Source of the DNA: Podarcis melisellensis
Taxonomy: Eukaryota
Direction: 5' to 3' (one strand)
NCBI GenBank assembly: GCA_964234715.1
Contig: OZ174280.1
DNA length: 64,000 bases
Shown: piece after piece, positions 38,115 to 51,164 of the stretch
Layout: each line of letters starts with the position of its first letter
Numbering within the stretch: the first letter of the stretch is position 1
The notes under the pieces: model-generated
What the model was told of the DNA's origin: nothing
Database searches by the model: none
The model's input: the letters and a program-made list of their open reading frames with translations, nothing else
Translations under genes and position numbers: made by a program

Positions 38115-39075
38115 TATTATCAAGAAAATGACATCATCCTGTGTCAAGGTAAGGAGGGGAGTAGAACAGCAGCTATCTTGCTAAGCAAACTCCTTTAATG
38201 TTAGTTTCCTTAGTTTCCTTCCATAAAACCCTGCTTGGGTCCTATGAGACATTAGGCCCTGAGCACTCTCCAAGTGCTGAATGTTCACAGCAAGGAGTTA
38301 GATAACATTCCTTCTTACACTAAGGAGGGCCTCTGCCAGGTTGCTTAAGGGACTTTGTTCACAAAACAAAAACAACAACTTAGTTTTGGCTCACAGTAAT
38401 ATCAAAGGGCTACCAGTTGTGTTCAGAGGTGAGGTCTGGTCAACCTTGTTTTATATATTTACTTACTTATGAAACTTCTCGTTCATTGACTTCTAGGCTT
38501 CACAAAGCGCTTGGAGCAATGTTCATTCTAAAGCTTGAAACATAAAACACAATCATCAATGATTAAAAGCAAAAATCAAACCTATTAGAAACAGACACAG
38601 CCCTAAAACTAAAGAGTAAAACAAAAACAAAACCAAGTATACAAATCAGGTTTCAACTGTAGCATGAAAATAGCAGCAGATAGCCAACATATTCCCAAAG
38701 AGAAACTTGGTACCAAAAGACATGGAGGGAACTTAATAGGTGGAAGTTCTCTGATGTGTTTTTCAAGCACCACAACTAAGAAGACGTGTCCTCATGCCTT
38801 GAACCAAATTAACACTGGCCAAAATGACTCAAATTACATATGGCTGCCTATAACTTCAACTTGAGTCTTTTATAATAGGATGCCCATTAATAAGGAGGGA
38901 GGAATCTATAATTTCCACTTTCTCTTAGCTTCTCCTTCTCCCAATCTTAAATTCAGCTCAGTCCATTTCCATAGACTTTTCTGGTTGTTGTTTTTTAAAA
39001 TAGTCTGCATGAAAATTAACTGCAATTATCATGCAATCCATTCATACTGTTTGCAATTTTGCCTCGTGTACATAT

Positions 39076-39165
39076 CATAGCTGTCAACTTTTCCCTTTTC
39101 TTGCAAGGAATCCTATTCGGAATAAGGGAATTTCCCTTTAAAAAAGGGAAATGTTGGCAGCTATG
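39076..39165. mobile_element. 90-bp hAT MITE
   Basis: TIRs catagctgtcaac / gttggcagctatg. 8-bp TSD gtacatat/gtatgtat. Confidence 0.8.
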
Positions 39166-40088
39166 GTATGTATGTTTAAAAGCAATTTCCCTCTAACACA
39201 GCATATATATATATATATATTTGTAGATTATTTTCACCAATGTGGGCATTTCTTTTGCTAATACTCACCCTTTGTGCACCCCTTCTTTGGTTGGAGAACT
39301 GTGCCACAAAAATCAAAGAAGTGTGAATTTCAAAGGAGATTTGTGTTTTAGATAGTTTATAGTTTTGGGAATAGCAAATTTAGTAGCTTCTCACAAATGG
39401 AAACTGAATGAATTTCTTGTTCAACCCCAGAATGTTAAGTTTAGTTTGGGGCAACTATCCACTCCTGCCCTGTACAACTTTCCTGAAGTCATAATAAGTT
39501 ATGGCTATTTATGAAGATCAATCAAAAATTCTCCCGTGAGTCTTGTTTTTCTTATATTTGGCATGCCATTGGATCATTATAGTGATTTTCCTTGCCACTT
39601 TTCAAAGGCCTTCTTATATGTGGGAGGGAGCAAACAAGAGAATCATAATCTATGCTGTCAGCTGTCAACTGAGCTGGTATACACAAAGCTTTCTCTCAGT
39701 GCCAGTATGCAGCAACAAGTGACCTTGACCTGAGCTGTTTGTCTTTTCATACAAATGTCACATTCTGAAATATAATCATTAGCACTTTGGTGACATGGCC
39801 ATTGTAATGAGACAGCCCCCCAACAGCTACTTTTTTCAAGACAGAGTGGATTATTCATGGGGAAAAGGAGAATACAGGGGTGGGGGTGGGGGGGTGGCAT
39901 TCAGCAAAGGAGATTGGAAAGCATCAACTAAATCCACATGTTGGCCATAGGGGACAATTAGCTACTCAGCCATGAAGCATTTTTGAGCAGGATGGATAAG
40001 GGTGGATAAAGCTACCAATTTGGGTCCCTCCAATTTTTCCAGTTGTCTTTGTCCATGAACCATTTTGTCCATGTCCATTTTTCCAGTT

Positions 40089-40567
40089 CAGCATCTTAAA
40101 AAGCAGTCCGTATAGCTAAAGCTATGGTTTTCCCAGTAGTGATGTATGGAAGTGAGAGCTGGACCATAAAGAAGGCTGATCACTGAAGAATTGATGCTTT
40201 TGAATTATGGTGTTGGAGAAGACTCTTGAGAGTCCCATGGACTGCAAGAAGATCAAACCTCTCCATTCTTAAGGAAATCAGCCCTGAGTGCTCACTGGAA
40301 GGACAGATCCTGAAGCTGAGGCTCCAGTACTTTGGCCATCTCATGAGAAGAGAAGACTCCCTGGAAAAGACCCTGATGTTGGGAAAGATTGAGGGCACAA
40401 GGAGAAGGGGACGACAGAGGACGAGATGGTTGGACAGTGTTCTCAAAGCTACCAGCATGAGTTTGACCAAACTGCAGGAGGCAGTGGAAGACAGGTGTGC
40501 CTGTTGTGCTCTGGTCCATGGGGTCACGAAGAGTCGGACACGACTAAACGACTAAACAACAACAACA
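40089..40567 (+). mobile_element. Bov-B (RTE) LINE 3' fragment
   Basis: RT C-terminal peptide (ORF 40226-40555), (AAC)n tail, 12-bp TSD atttttccagtt. Confidence 0.95.
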
Positions 40568-40671
40568 ATTTTTCCAGTTGGAAATTCAGTTTGCCCCATT
40601 TCCACATATCTGCACTTACCTCCAAACACATTTTCCCTAGTATACAGGTTTTTGCACACAATCTTATTTTT

Positions 40672-40885
40672 GTTTATTCATTTATTTATTGAACTTATAG
40701 CCCACTTTTTTCACCAAGGAGCACAAGCTGGTATACATGGTTCTCCCCTTCCTCGATTAATCTCCACAACAGCCCTGTGAGGTAGGTTAGGCTGAGACGC
40801 AATGACTGGGCCAAGGTCACTCAATGATCTTCCTGGATGATTGGGAATTTGAACCATGGACTCCTGGGCCCTAGTCTGAAACTCT
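40672..40885 (-). mobile_element. MIR-like/Squam3-type SINE
   Basis: Minus-strand tRNA head (ccagtgtggtatagctgttagag...ggttcaaattccc), core gtgaccttggcccagtca, A-rich tail. Confidence 0.75.
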
Positions 40886-41229
40886 AACAGCTATACCACA
40901 CTGGTTCCCAGTAGAAGCCCACTGAGTTCTACAAGGACAACAGTGAGACTAAGGAGAAGGAATCTGAAAGGTCTTGCCATCCTCTGGACTGGTTGCAATA
41001 AAGAAGGCAGTCAGGGAGGGGCTAGCTGAGAGCAGAATGAGGTTGGTCGACCAGCACCTCACCTGCCAAAGTGGACCAGCGTCTTCTGCTTCCAGATGCT
41101 GTAGGACTGCCGTCATCCTTGTCCATTTGAAATGTTGACAGTGGGCATTTGGATGGCACAACATTGTTAATCCCTGTTCTAAGTAGCTATTGTGGTTTTT
41201 AAAAATGAGTCAGTGGGGGACACCTCCCT

Positions 41230-41990
41230 CGGCCTCCAAAGGAAAGTAGAGCAATACATTTGGCACCAGCTTGGCTGCAGGAGTTGTACAAGATGCGATC
41301 CAACTGTCTGAGGGACTCCAAAAGGATTTGTGTAGGGTTTACTCCTTAGCCTTTTCTTCTCCAGAAGGTAAAGGGTAAAAAGCTAAAGGACCCCTGGACA
41401 GTTAAGTCCAGTCAAAGGCGACTATGGGGTTGCAGCACTCATCTCGCTTTTTAGGCTGAGGGAGCCAGCGTTTGTCCACAGACAGCTTTTCCAGGTGATG
41501 TGGCCAGCATGACTTAACTGCTTCTGGCGCAACGAGACACTGTGACAAGTGCCAGAAAGCACAGAAATGCTGTTTACCTTCCTGCCACAGTGGTATGTAT
41601 TTATCTATTTGCACTGGCATGCTTTCAAACTGCTAGGTTGGCAGAAGCTGGGACAAAGCAACGGGAGCTCACCCCGGTGCACAGATTCAAACTGCCAACC
41701 TTCCGATCAGTAAGTCCAAGAGGTTCAGTGGTTTAGACCACAGCACCACCCACTCATCTTTACCGTCCTCCTGAAGATATCCCACAAGCCAGTGGAGGTT
41801 TGGGATCAGAGTTTTCCTTCTCCTAGATGGGCTACTTTCCCAGGCTGCTGTGCTCCAGCTGCCCCTCACTTCCTTCTGCAGCATTTGCAGAAACCACCTT
41901 CTTGACTGTGGGATCCACTATTGATCTCATCTGCTCAATCCACCGGAGCTGGTCTTCGTTTGCAGAGGAAGTCCCTAAATCACCAAGGGT
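41230..41990 (-). mobile_element. RTE-5'-like repeat (same family as 31430-31950), interrupted by a Sauria SINE
   Basis: Homology to 31560-31780 on both sides of the SINE. Confidence 0.6.
41366..41753 (-). mobile_element. Sauria SINE (Squam1), older copy
   Basis: Same body as 26522-26868 with CpG decay and an (ACCTTT)-like tail. Confidence 0.9.
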
Positions 41991-42846
41991 TTGAGAATGT
42001 TTGAGGGTTTAGCACAGTGGCAAACCTAATTTATTATAAGGTGAGGGAACTGTGAAGGTGATACAGGGAACTGGGTGTATCACGCTCTTGTAGCTCAGCT
42101 ACAGATCAGCAATTTAAATCTCGAGTCCAAAACCAACAACAGCACAGTAACAGAGAAAGGGAAGTCTCTCTTCTTTGTAAAGGTCTTGTAGAATACTGAC
42201 CAGGGAAGAGATTGTGGAGTGATTACAGGGAAATCCCTAAAGCTGTCTGCTCAATTTAGAGGCTCATGGAAGAAACTACACAAGACTCTCAGATTTCCAA
42301 GAGTTGCTGAAAGAATATAAATGATATTGGAGGTAGCTCAGCTGTAGCAAGCACTGCTTAGGCCTTTCCAGATGCACAATATCCAGTAATGATCACCGAC
42401 ACTTTGAGGGGATATAAGAATGATGAATGTGTAAAGCTGGCTGTGATAAAGAGGTTTTAAAGGGATAAGTTACGGAGAGCACTGGAAAAAATATGGCTTT
42501 TCCAGTTAAAGGGGCTGGTTTCTGAACAAGACTCTTTAAAATTATGAAGGCACTAGACAAAAATACGATATATTTGAATGGACAATTTAAAGTCCTGGGT
42601 AATAATAGAATATATATCAACAGGTAGCGTAACCAGAGGCAAAGAAAGAAAGCACACTTTCACCTTTAGTTGGGGAGAAGAGGTAGTAGTTGTTAAAAAA
42701 GCAGCAGCTTTCAAAATTCCCACTTCTGCAAAATGTTGAAAGGTACGGAAACCTTTCTCTCTACATCCTTAACAAATAGGGTTCCTAGGATTCCTTGGGG
42801 GTGCAAAATGTGCATTAAATGTATGCCATAAATGTGACCTTATTCC

Positions 42847-42976
42847 CATGGGCCTAGCCAGGATTTATTTTGGGGGGCAGACTTTATATTGGGGGGCAGA
42901 GGAGTTAATTAAGTATTTTTATTTATTTACTTGATTTGAGTGGGCAGGTAATGCCCCTCCCCCAGCTACACCCATG
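42847..42976. mobile_element. Short hAT-like MITE
   Basis: TIRs catgggcctagc / gctacacccatg; weak TSD. Confidence 0.55.
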
Positions 42977-43058
42977 CAAATTCTCACTACTCCAGGGATA
43001 GGGAGTCTCAGGCCTGGGACTCAACTCTGGCTCTCCATGGCTTTCTATCTGGCCCTTG

Positions 43059-43357
43059 GGGTGGCATAGTGTGTGCTGCTATAGCCTGGGCTCAGGCAGA
43101 GGGAGGGAAACAGACAGAGTACACAAGCACATTCAACCGCCTAACTGCATTGGTGTCACCCAGGAGATTGCAGGCATAGATAAGAAGAGAAGAGTTGTTT
43201 TGTTGCCTGGAGAGGTCACTTCCTGGTTCGTATGGAGAAGCTGTTATCAGTGGAGCCATGTGAGGGAAGCAGTGCTGGGTGTTGAAATTTTGCACAGCTA
43301 ACAATTTTGTGCCCAGGGCAACCGCCCATGTGCCCCTCATCCCATGCTATGCCACCG
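43059..43357. mobile_element. hAT-type MITE nested in an older element
   Basis: TIRs gggtggcatag / ctatgccaccg. Perfect 8-bp TSD ggcccttg. Confidence 0.85.
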
Positions 43358-43496
43358 GGCCCTTGGAATCTCTCTGGCTACATTCCCAGACTACACCCCT
43401 TTCTTCCTAGGCTCCACCCTTCAACACCCTGCTCCATGTCCTCCTTGAGTGCCTTTGATGGAATGGAGTGTGTCCTTGATCTGTAAAACCTGTAAC

Positions 43497-43815
43497 ACCT
43501 GAAGGAGCGTCTCCACCCCCATCATTCAGCCCAGACACTGAGGTCCAGCGCCAAGAGCCTTCTGGCGGTTCCCTCCTTGCGAGAAGTGAGGTAACAGGGA
43601 ACCAGGCAGAGGGCCTTCTCGGTAGTGGCACCCGCCCTGTGGAATGTCCTCCAATCAGATGTCAAGGAAATAAACAACTACCTGACTTTTAGAAGACATA
43701 TGAAGGCAGCCTTGTTTAGGGAAGCTTTTAATGTTTGATGTTTTATCATGTTTTTAATATTCTGCTGGGAGCCACCCAGAGCTGGGGAAAGCATACAGGG
43801 ATAAATTGTTGTTGT
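43497..43815 (+). mobile_element. L2 LINE 3' end
   Basis: Encodes LKERLHPH..AQTLRS..RAFSVVAPALWNVLQSDVKEINNYLTFRRHMKAALFREAF, then 3'UTR. Confidence 0.9.
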
Positions 43816-44275
43816 TACAGCACCTCTTACTTGCCTAGATGGAGCAAAGTGTGGATAGAAACCTCTTACTTGTGTGGCTGAAATAAAATCTACCATCAAA
43901 GGTGAGAGTCAAATATGTTTCTCCACCAACCTTACCTCTGGCTCTTTGTATCACTGGCGTATGGGCCTCAGAAGGCTGCCCATGATGCAATGTGGCCCTC
44001 AGGCTGAAAAAGACCCCTCCCCCCATGCACAATTCCTATGTATGGGACAGCAAGGCTGTGTGTTGGTGTCAGATCAACATCTATAGTTTGGGGAGCTGCA
44101 CCTAGGATTAATTATATATATATTGCCTGTAGTGCCTTAAGCCAACAATTTCCATATATATCCCAGCAATCTAAACATTAAAAGCTTGGGAAAGAATCCT
44201 CCTTCAAGTTCTTGTTCTTTAGCCTCTGGGAGCCAGGACACAGCTATAGTTATGCATTGGTGCCAGGTGAAAAAA

Positions 44276-44280
<5 letters not shown>

Positions 44281-44326
<46 letters not shown>
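44281..44326 (+). repeat. (TA)23 microsatellite
   Basis: Read directly from the sequence. Confidence 0.95.
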
Positions 44327-44329
<3 letters not shown>

Positions 44330-45051
44330 ATTGAAGCATTAGCATTGTTTTAGATTTATTTGTTGTTGATTTATTATTCCTTTTATTGATATTACTTGTT
44401 ACATTTTTAAAAATGATATAAACATTTTCTTAATGGGTTATATTGAAGAAATAAATAGTAGGATGAGTGTGTGAGAGGGATGTCTGGTCTAGTTAACTGC
44501 CCAGGCCAGAAAAATCTACTGTATTGTTGTTTCATTATATATCCTTCCACATTCATTTCTTTATTACATACATTAACTGGAGTGATGGAAGGAGCAGCCA
44601 TCTGGAAATAACAATATTTTCTCTTAAGTTAATGAATCTTTAGGAAGATGCTGGCACCCCCCCCCCAATGTGAAATATAGATTCCCCTCAGCCTATCTGT
44701 AATTCATCTGTTCTGCATACCATACACTTTCCAAGTGAAGAAAGTGGGGTTGTGGTTGTTTTTTTTATGATGACAGTCATGGCACAGAACTTTGATGCAC
44801 ACCCGGACTTCCTGTTCCCTTCCACAACTGAGCTCATGTTCTGTGAATAACCCTGCTGAGTTTCCTTCAGAACATGCCAAATACTGACACAGAACCTGAG
44901 TGATTCCCAGGGGGATTCTTTGGGGGATGTGGTCTTCCAGTTGTTGTTGGATGGCAACTTCCATCATCCCTGACCCAGCAACATCTGGTGGACCATAGGT
45001 TTCTCATTCCTGTAGCAAAAATTTATCTTGAGAAAGGTGCATCCTACTACC

Positions 45052-45430
45052 TGTCGGGATCTCCGCTCGGCCAAGCTGATGGAGCTCATCCTCCTCCGGC
45101 CAAGTCTGACGTGATTAACGACCTGAGCCTTTGATGAGGCTCAGGCACATTCCCGTTCAGCAAAGAATCAAAGCAGCACGCGGAAGTGATGAGATTTATG
45201 GCTACATTGCAAAGAGTTTTATTTTCCTAACTATGCAGACAAAAAAACACATCCTCTCTCTGTGAAAGCAGAGAGCAACTGAAAACAAAGGAACAAAGGA
45301 GCAGGAAACCAGTACGTCACATCCGTCTCCCGTCTCCCATGAGACTTCCAACAGCCTGGAATGTCTCTGGAATGTAAACAGAGTTCTGTGACTCCTAGCA
45401 GCTGCACAGTGACACAAACAGAAACTAACA
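45052..45430 (-). mobile_element. Solo LTR (379 bp) of an LTR retrotransposon or ERV
   Basis: TG...CA termini (tgtcgg...ctaaca), 5-bp TSD ctacc/ctccc, minus-strand AATAAA (tttatt ~45218-45223), CpG-rich. Confidence 0.7.
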
Positions 45431-47386
45431 CTCCCCACAGTGCCTCCATCCCCAAGAGGTTCCTGGTGGTCCATTTGAGCTGAGTCTCTGCCTCCTGCCT
45501 CTGCTGTCTTCTGTACACTCCCATCTTACAGGAGTGGGAAAATTGGGGACCTCCTGATGTTGTGCTTCATCCATGTTCATTGGCCATGCTGGCTGAGGAT
45601 GATGGGAGTTGGAATCCAATAAAAACTGAAGAGTTGCAGGTTCTCCATGCCTGCTCTGAGAAGGCCCCTCTTTTGTATTCAAATGAATTAAGCTTTTAGA
45701 GACCAACCAGTCTGGAATCGGACTCTTCATTTCCATGAGTGTATGTGCAAAATGAGCTTTGCATTGAGCTGGTGAAAAAGAAGGGAGGGGTCCAAAATGA
45801 AATGGACAAGTGGTTAGTAGAAGGGGAGGGGCAAACAGAGGAGATGGGAGCTTTAGAAAAACAGAGAAAGCTGCTAAAATGAAAAGGACAGAAGCGTAAC
45901 TTTAAATCAGGGCAGAACACATTGCAGGTGTGTAACACATGGTGGCAAAGAGGAATAAAGCAGAAGGAAGTGATGGGGGTGAAGTGTACAAAATGTTTGG
46001 GCCTTAGGAATGCAAGAACAAAGGAAGCTACCTTATACAGAGTCATGCCATTGTTTCATCTAGCTCAGTATTGTCTATAGCAACTGGCAGAAGCTTTCTA
46101 GGGTTTCATACAAGAGTCCTTCTCAGTCCCTGGGATGCCAGTGATTGAATTGAGGACGTGGTGTTCTACCACCAAGCTGTGGACCAAGACCTCTGATAAG
46201 AGGAAACCGTTCACCTCCCCATGCCCCCGTTTCATAACTGCATAACTCACTTTCTGACCTTTCAAACATGGATCAGATTTCATAACATCCATTTTTAATC
46301 TGGCTGCAACTACAAGAATTTTAGCCGTCTCAGCACTTCCCATCAGTTCTATGTGTATGGATGATGTATGGGTGAATGTGAAATGAGTTTGTGTGAACGG
46401 AATGAATGGGGTGTGTATATAGCTTTGACCACTTTCACCTATGTCTTCGGGCCAGCCTGCCACTGCTATGTAGCTCTTGGAAAGTTGCCTGCAAGGAAAT
46501 GATGCCCTCAGACTGAAAATCATTCCCATTCCTTGATGTGTTTAAAACTTTTATAGTGAATTTGCTTTGTGCTCAATGCATATGGGGGGAAAAAACAATA
46601 CGTCTGAAGGTTCTGACATGCCCACTTTCCTCAAAAATCTGTAATAGGAGAGAAAGATTTAATGAAATGCCCTTCTATCAGATATATTAGAGTGAACATG
46701 ATTTCCTCAAAGAAGCGAGTAATTCTCAATTTCAATCAATTTCTCGATCAAACTTGCTTACAAAAGTATATGATCCTCCACCTGCACTAGGTATTTGTTG
46801 GCATCTGTCTGTCTTGGGAGACAATGAAAGAGTGCACCTTTTGGGGTGAGCTCAAGCTGTCACAGTTGCAGCACCTGCTGTTGCTTTAGAGACCAACGTT
46901 GGAGAGACATGTTTTGTTGCAGCTGGGGCAGATGAAGGCATCTAGTTGTGGTGCTGCAGATGTACCATGGAGTTTATTCTCTCTGTGTTCCTCCCAGTGG
47001 TCATTTCTCCTCTGGTCGCTGCTATGGATGCCCAATATGGCAGGGTTGATGTTACCAGCCTTCATATCATGTTAGGAACCTAGGAAAACTAATTAAAAAT
47101 GGATATAGGGTTAGGGATCAGAGATAAAATAGACACTGGTTCTCTGATAGCATTAAACAGCAGCTTGGTTAAATTGGATGTGTGCATCAACCAGATTTAA
47201 ATGCTGGAAATGTGATGCCCTCTGAGTGGATCTATTTAACATGTGCTGGGTTTATCAGCTATTGCAGTGTAGAGTCATTATCACAAACTGTTAGTCACAA
47301 TGTGAGTCTAGACCCTCACATTACATTTCAGAGATTCCCAGCATAGAACATAGAGATATTGGGAAATAGTCAGGGAATGACCCTAA

Positions 47387-47571
47387 NNNNNNNNNNNNNN
47401 NNNNNNNNNNNNNNNNNNNNNNNNNNNNNNNNNNNNNNNNNNNNNNNNNNNNNNNNNNNNNNNNNNNNNNNNNNNNNNNNNNNNNNNNNNNNNNNNNNNN
47501 NNNNNNNNNNNNNNNNNNNNNNNNNNNNNNNNNNNNNNNNNNNNNNNNNNNNNNNNNNNNNNNNNNNNNNN
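47387..47571. other. Assembly gap (185 N)
   Basis: Run of N. Confidence 1.
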
Positions 47572-48511
47572 TATCAATGAAAGATCTGGGCAGCTAATAT
47601 AGCTGACAAGTGGATACCTTTCATTGCATATTGGAATAGTAACTGTGGTCATATCATATTGTATAGCAGTTTTGTGTGTGATAACAATGAAGATAGATAC
47701 CTTGATGGATAGATTTAGAAATGTGCTCACACACAAATCTCTCAGTGGTTTTATACATTGCATGGCCATATTAATAACATTTATTTTTTGACTAGTGTCT
47801 CTGAAATAGAACATCTGAGCTTGTGGTATTTTTTTTATCAGATTAAACTAAGAAATTGCAATGTCAATTAAAAATAATAATTCACAGTTCTGTGAAGTAG
47901 ACTGCTGCTATCCCCCTTTGACCCCAGCCCCCTCAGTGGCTCCATGGCAGAAGTGGAAATTCAAGCCGACAAGAATCAGGTTCTATTCTTTATCAACTGG
48001 ATCTCAGCATTCGCTCAAACAGCTGGAGAGCGTTTCTGAGGCAGCCCAGAGATCTAAAGAATGTGATCGCAATTCACAAAAAGCTGAGCTGCCTATACCT
48101 GATTCACGTTCTAAGCCGAGACCCCCTCTCCCTGTTAGCATTAACTGTTCGGCAGAGTGCTGAGGAGCCCGAGGCAATTCTCTCTATTTGGTGTGCAGAA
48201 GATGAGCATTGTTATTCATTTCTGGTATTAGACAGCCAAAGCTGTGCAAGAATATTCAAAAGCCAAATTAGTACTCATCCCTGACTCTTGTTTGTGAAGT
48301 CAGAGGCAGACCTAAGGGCAGACTCTGCTGAGCCTGGAGGCAAAATTGTTTAAATTAGTATTACAAGCATGGGAAGGTCGAGCAGTGCATAATTAGAAGG
48401 GACCTCAAGCTGCACATTTTACTTATGAACTCCCTAAACTTCTTAGTCTTGGAATGTGTATAGGGATACATAATTTCTGGTTGTCGCTGAAATATTTCAC
48501 TTGGAATTTAG

Positions 48512-48513
48512 CT

Positions 48514-48560
<47 letters not shown>
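48512..48560 (+). repeat. (TTTC)n microsatellite
   Basis: Read directly from the sequence. Confidence 0.95.
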
Positions 48561-48561
<1 letters not shown>

Positions 48562-49358
48562 TGCGTGGACAGGCAGAGTCCCCAGATCCCGAGCGGCCCC
48601 CCCCCCGTCATGTGGAATAACGACTCAAGACAACGTGCTATGGGATTAAATTGGCCACAACTTTATTATATTTCAGATGTGGGTAGACCTTGGATCAGGC
48701 ATTGGGCATTATCCCTCCCCAGTCCCCAGCCGGGGGACCTATGGAACATCAGGGTTATCCGGGGGGGGGATGGGCCGGTTCTGGAGAACATATGTTCAAG
48801 CAGAGATAGCCACCCCCATTACGCCGCCGCCGCAGGGGAGAGCAATGATGACCTCTCGGCATACGGTCAAAGCTTCCCTTCAGAAACCCCTTTAACGGGG
48901 AACCCTGGTATTGCCGCTGCAAAGAGGAAGATAGACTAAAGGATTCCGCCCAAGGCCTGATACCGCCAAAGTTGTGACGTTTTGCTACTGGAAAGGCAAA
49001 ACCTGCCAATGCAGGGGAATTCCTTTCCGGCCCTTTAACAGCGACCTTGACATAGCAGCGCCCGCATACCTGTGAAGAAAAGTTAACCTGCAAAATAAGA
49101 CTTAACTAAGGGTGGGTAGGGTGGGAGAAGCTCTGGAGCCAACTGAGGATTCCCAGGTAAGATCCTCCCTCTATTGTGTGGGCAGGAAGTCCCTCCCCTA
49201 CCTGGCCTGCTCTCCTTGGCAACGCTTCCCCCAGGTGGGATTGGACAACTGACTGAGGTAGGCAGAGACCTCCAGGTATCCCACCTGAGGGAAGGCAAAG
49301 CCAAGCCTGTGTTGATGGAGCCGCTCCAGATCCAGGGGCTGCGTGTGTCCACGCAAAG
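48559..49358 (-). mobile_element. CpG-rich ~800-bp element with inverted termini; candidate DIRS/Ngaro-type solo repeat
   Basis: ctttgcgtggaca...tgtccacgcaaag termini (imperfect out to ~38 bp), no TSD, minus-strand AATAAAGTTGTGGCC. Homologous to 58744-59475. Confidence 0.6.
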
Positions 49359-49849
49359 GGTGCCCCCGTTTTATGCGGGGAGCGGTCATTCTTCCCCATT
49401 CAAGGATGGGGTTTAAACAACAAGGTGAGGCGTTGCCTCCAGTAGCAGTTGATGGGGCATGAAGCTGCTTACCTGACTTCCCTTCGGGGCAGCGAGGTCA
49501 GCACAGTGCAAATGTATTGGCAGGAAAATCCAATTGACTCCGGCAGGTATGTTTGCATTGCGCCAACTCTACCTTCACCTCATTCCTCTCCCTCCTAGTG
49601 TGTCACAACTATGGTAGTGACAAGAAGTCGCTGCCCCAACTGATACTGGTTGCCTCCATGTCCTGCCATCTTGTAGGCATCTTGTGGGCCTCTGTTTACA
49701 AGAGCATGCTGAATTAGACGACTTCTTTGATCCAGCAGGGCATTTCTCATATTCTCATGTTCTCATGATGGGAGGAAAGTAGGAAACATAAAGGATCCCA
49801 GTGCAATGCAAAGCATGTCTATGGAGAAATGAGCTTTATGTAATTCAGT

Positions 49850-50463
49850 GCGGCTGAGATTTTACTTTCTTGGGCTCCATGATCACTGCAGATGGTGACA
49901 GCAGCCACAAAATTAAAAAGACGCCTGCTTCTTGGGAGAAAAGCAATGACAAACCTAGACAGCATCTTAAAAAGTAGAGACATCACCTTGCCAACAAAGG
50001 TCCGTATAGTAAAAGCTATGGTTTTCCCAGTAGTGATGTATGGAAGTGAAAGCTGGACCATAAAGAAGGCTGATCGCTGAAGTATTGATGCTTTTGAATT
50101 ATGGGGCTGGAGGAGACTCTTGAGAGTCCCATGGACTGCAAGAAGATCAAACCTATCCATTCTTAAGAAAATCAGTCCTGAGTGCTCACTGAAAGGACAG
50201 ATCGTGAAGCTGAGGCTCCAATACTTTGGCCACCTCATGAGAAGAGAAGACTCCCTGGAAAAGACCCTGATGTTGGGAAAGATTGAGGGCACAAGGAGAA
50301 GGGGACGACAGAGGACGAGATGGTTGGATAGTGTTCTCGAAGCTACCAGCATGAGTTTGACCAAACTGCGGGAGGCAGTGGAAGTCAGGAGTGCCTGGCG
50401 TGCTCTGGTCCATGGGGTCACGAAGAGTCGGACATGACTAAACGACTAAACAACAACAACAAA
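49850..50463 (+). mobile_element. Bov-B (RTE) LINE 3' fragment (longest copy)
   Basis: Encodes KRRLLLGRKAMTNLDSILKSRDITLPTKVRIVKAMVFPVVMYGSESWTIKKADR...; (AAC)n tail. Confidence 0.95.
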
Positions 50464-51163
50464 TTTCCCATAGGAATATAGGAAGCTGACTTGTACCAAA
50501 TCAGATCATTGGTACATATAGCTCAGTATTGGTCCATATAGCTCAGACTGGAAGCATCTTTCAGTCAGGGGGCATCCCCAGCCTTACCTAGAGATACCAG
50601 GTATGAACCTGGGACCTTCGACATGCATGTAGATGCTCTATGATTAGCTTTGTCCCTTCTCTGGGCACATGTGTGCAGGATTGCAGTGTTTGAGGTCCAG
50701 CGATAGAGCTGAGTTGGTGTGATGTGGCCCATCTGAAAAGGTGCAATGAACACTCCTCATGTGCATACTTGGCTACTATCCTAACAGAAAGCAGAACTAG
50801 GTTAATACAAGTGTGAATCGTGATGGCTGCCTTAGATCTCATTTTCCAGAATCGCCTACTGTACTATTATAAAGCAATTATAAAGGAGGTGCCTTGAAGT
50901 CATCACAATATGAATTTCTTTATATAATTACATCATAGCAAAGTCACTCAGGTATGGCTTATTTTGAGCCTGAGCTGAAACATCCAAGTGGCAGCCTCCT
51001 CCTGGTTGTTAGCATGGACATGGACTCTTCTTAGTCAACTGCTTTTGGAAAAGATCCTTAAGGAGTGGTACCAGAGTACTGACACATCTATGATACCAAA
51101 CACTTCAATGTTTTATATTGTAAATCACCCTGCGATCCTTGGATGAATGGCAGTATAGAACAT

Positions 51164-51164
<1 letters not shown>

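Noticed and set aside
47359-47814. ORFs spanning the N run
   Set aside because: Created by the assembly gap.
48454-49416. Several 60-160-aa ORFs over the candidate DIRS/Ngaro repeat
   Set aside because: No RT, RNaseH or recombinase motifs, and the frames are not shared with the related element at 58744-59475.
49819-50421. 200-aa minus-strand ORF (and similar ORFs at 22715-23047 and 40180-40527)
   Set aside because: Antisense shadow of the Bov-B RT frame.
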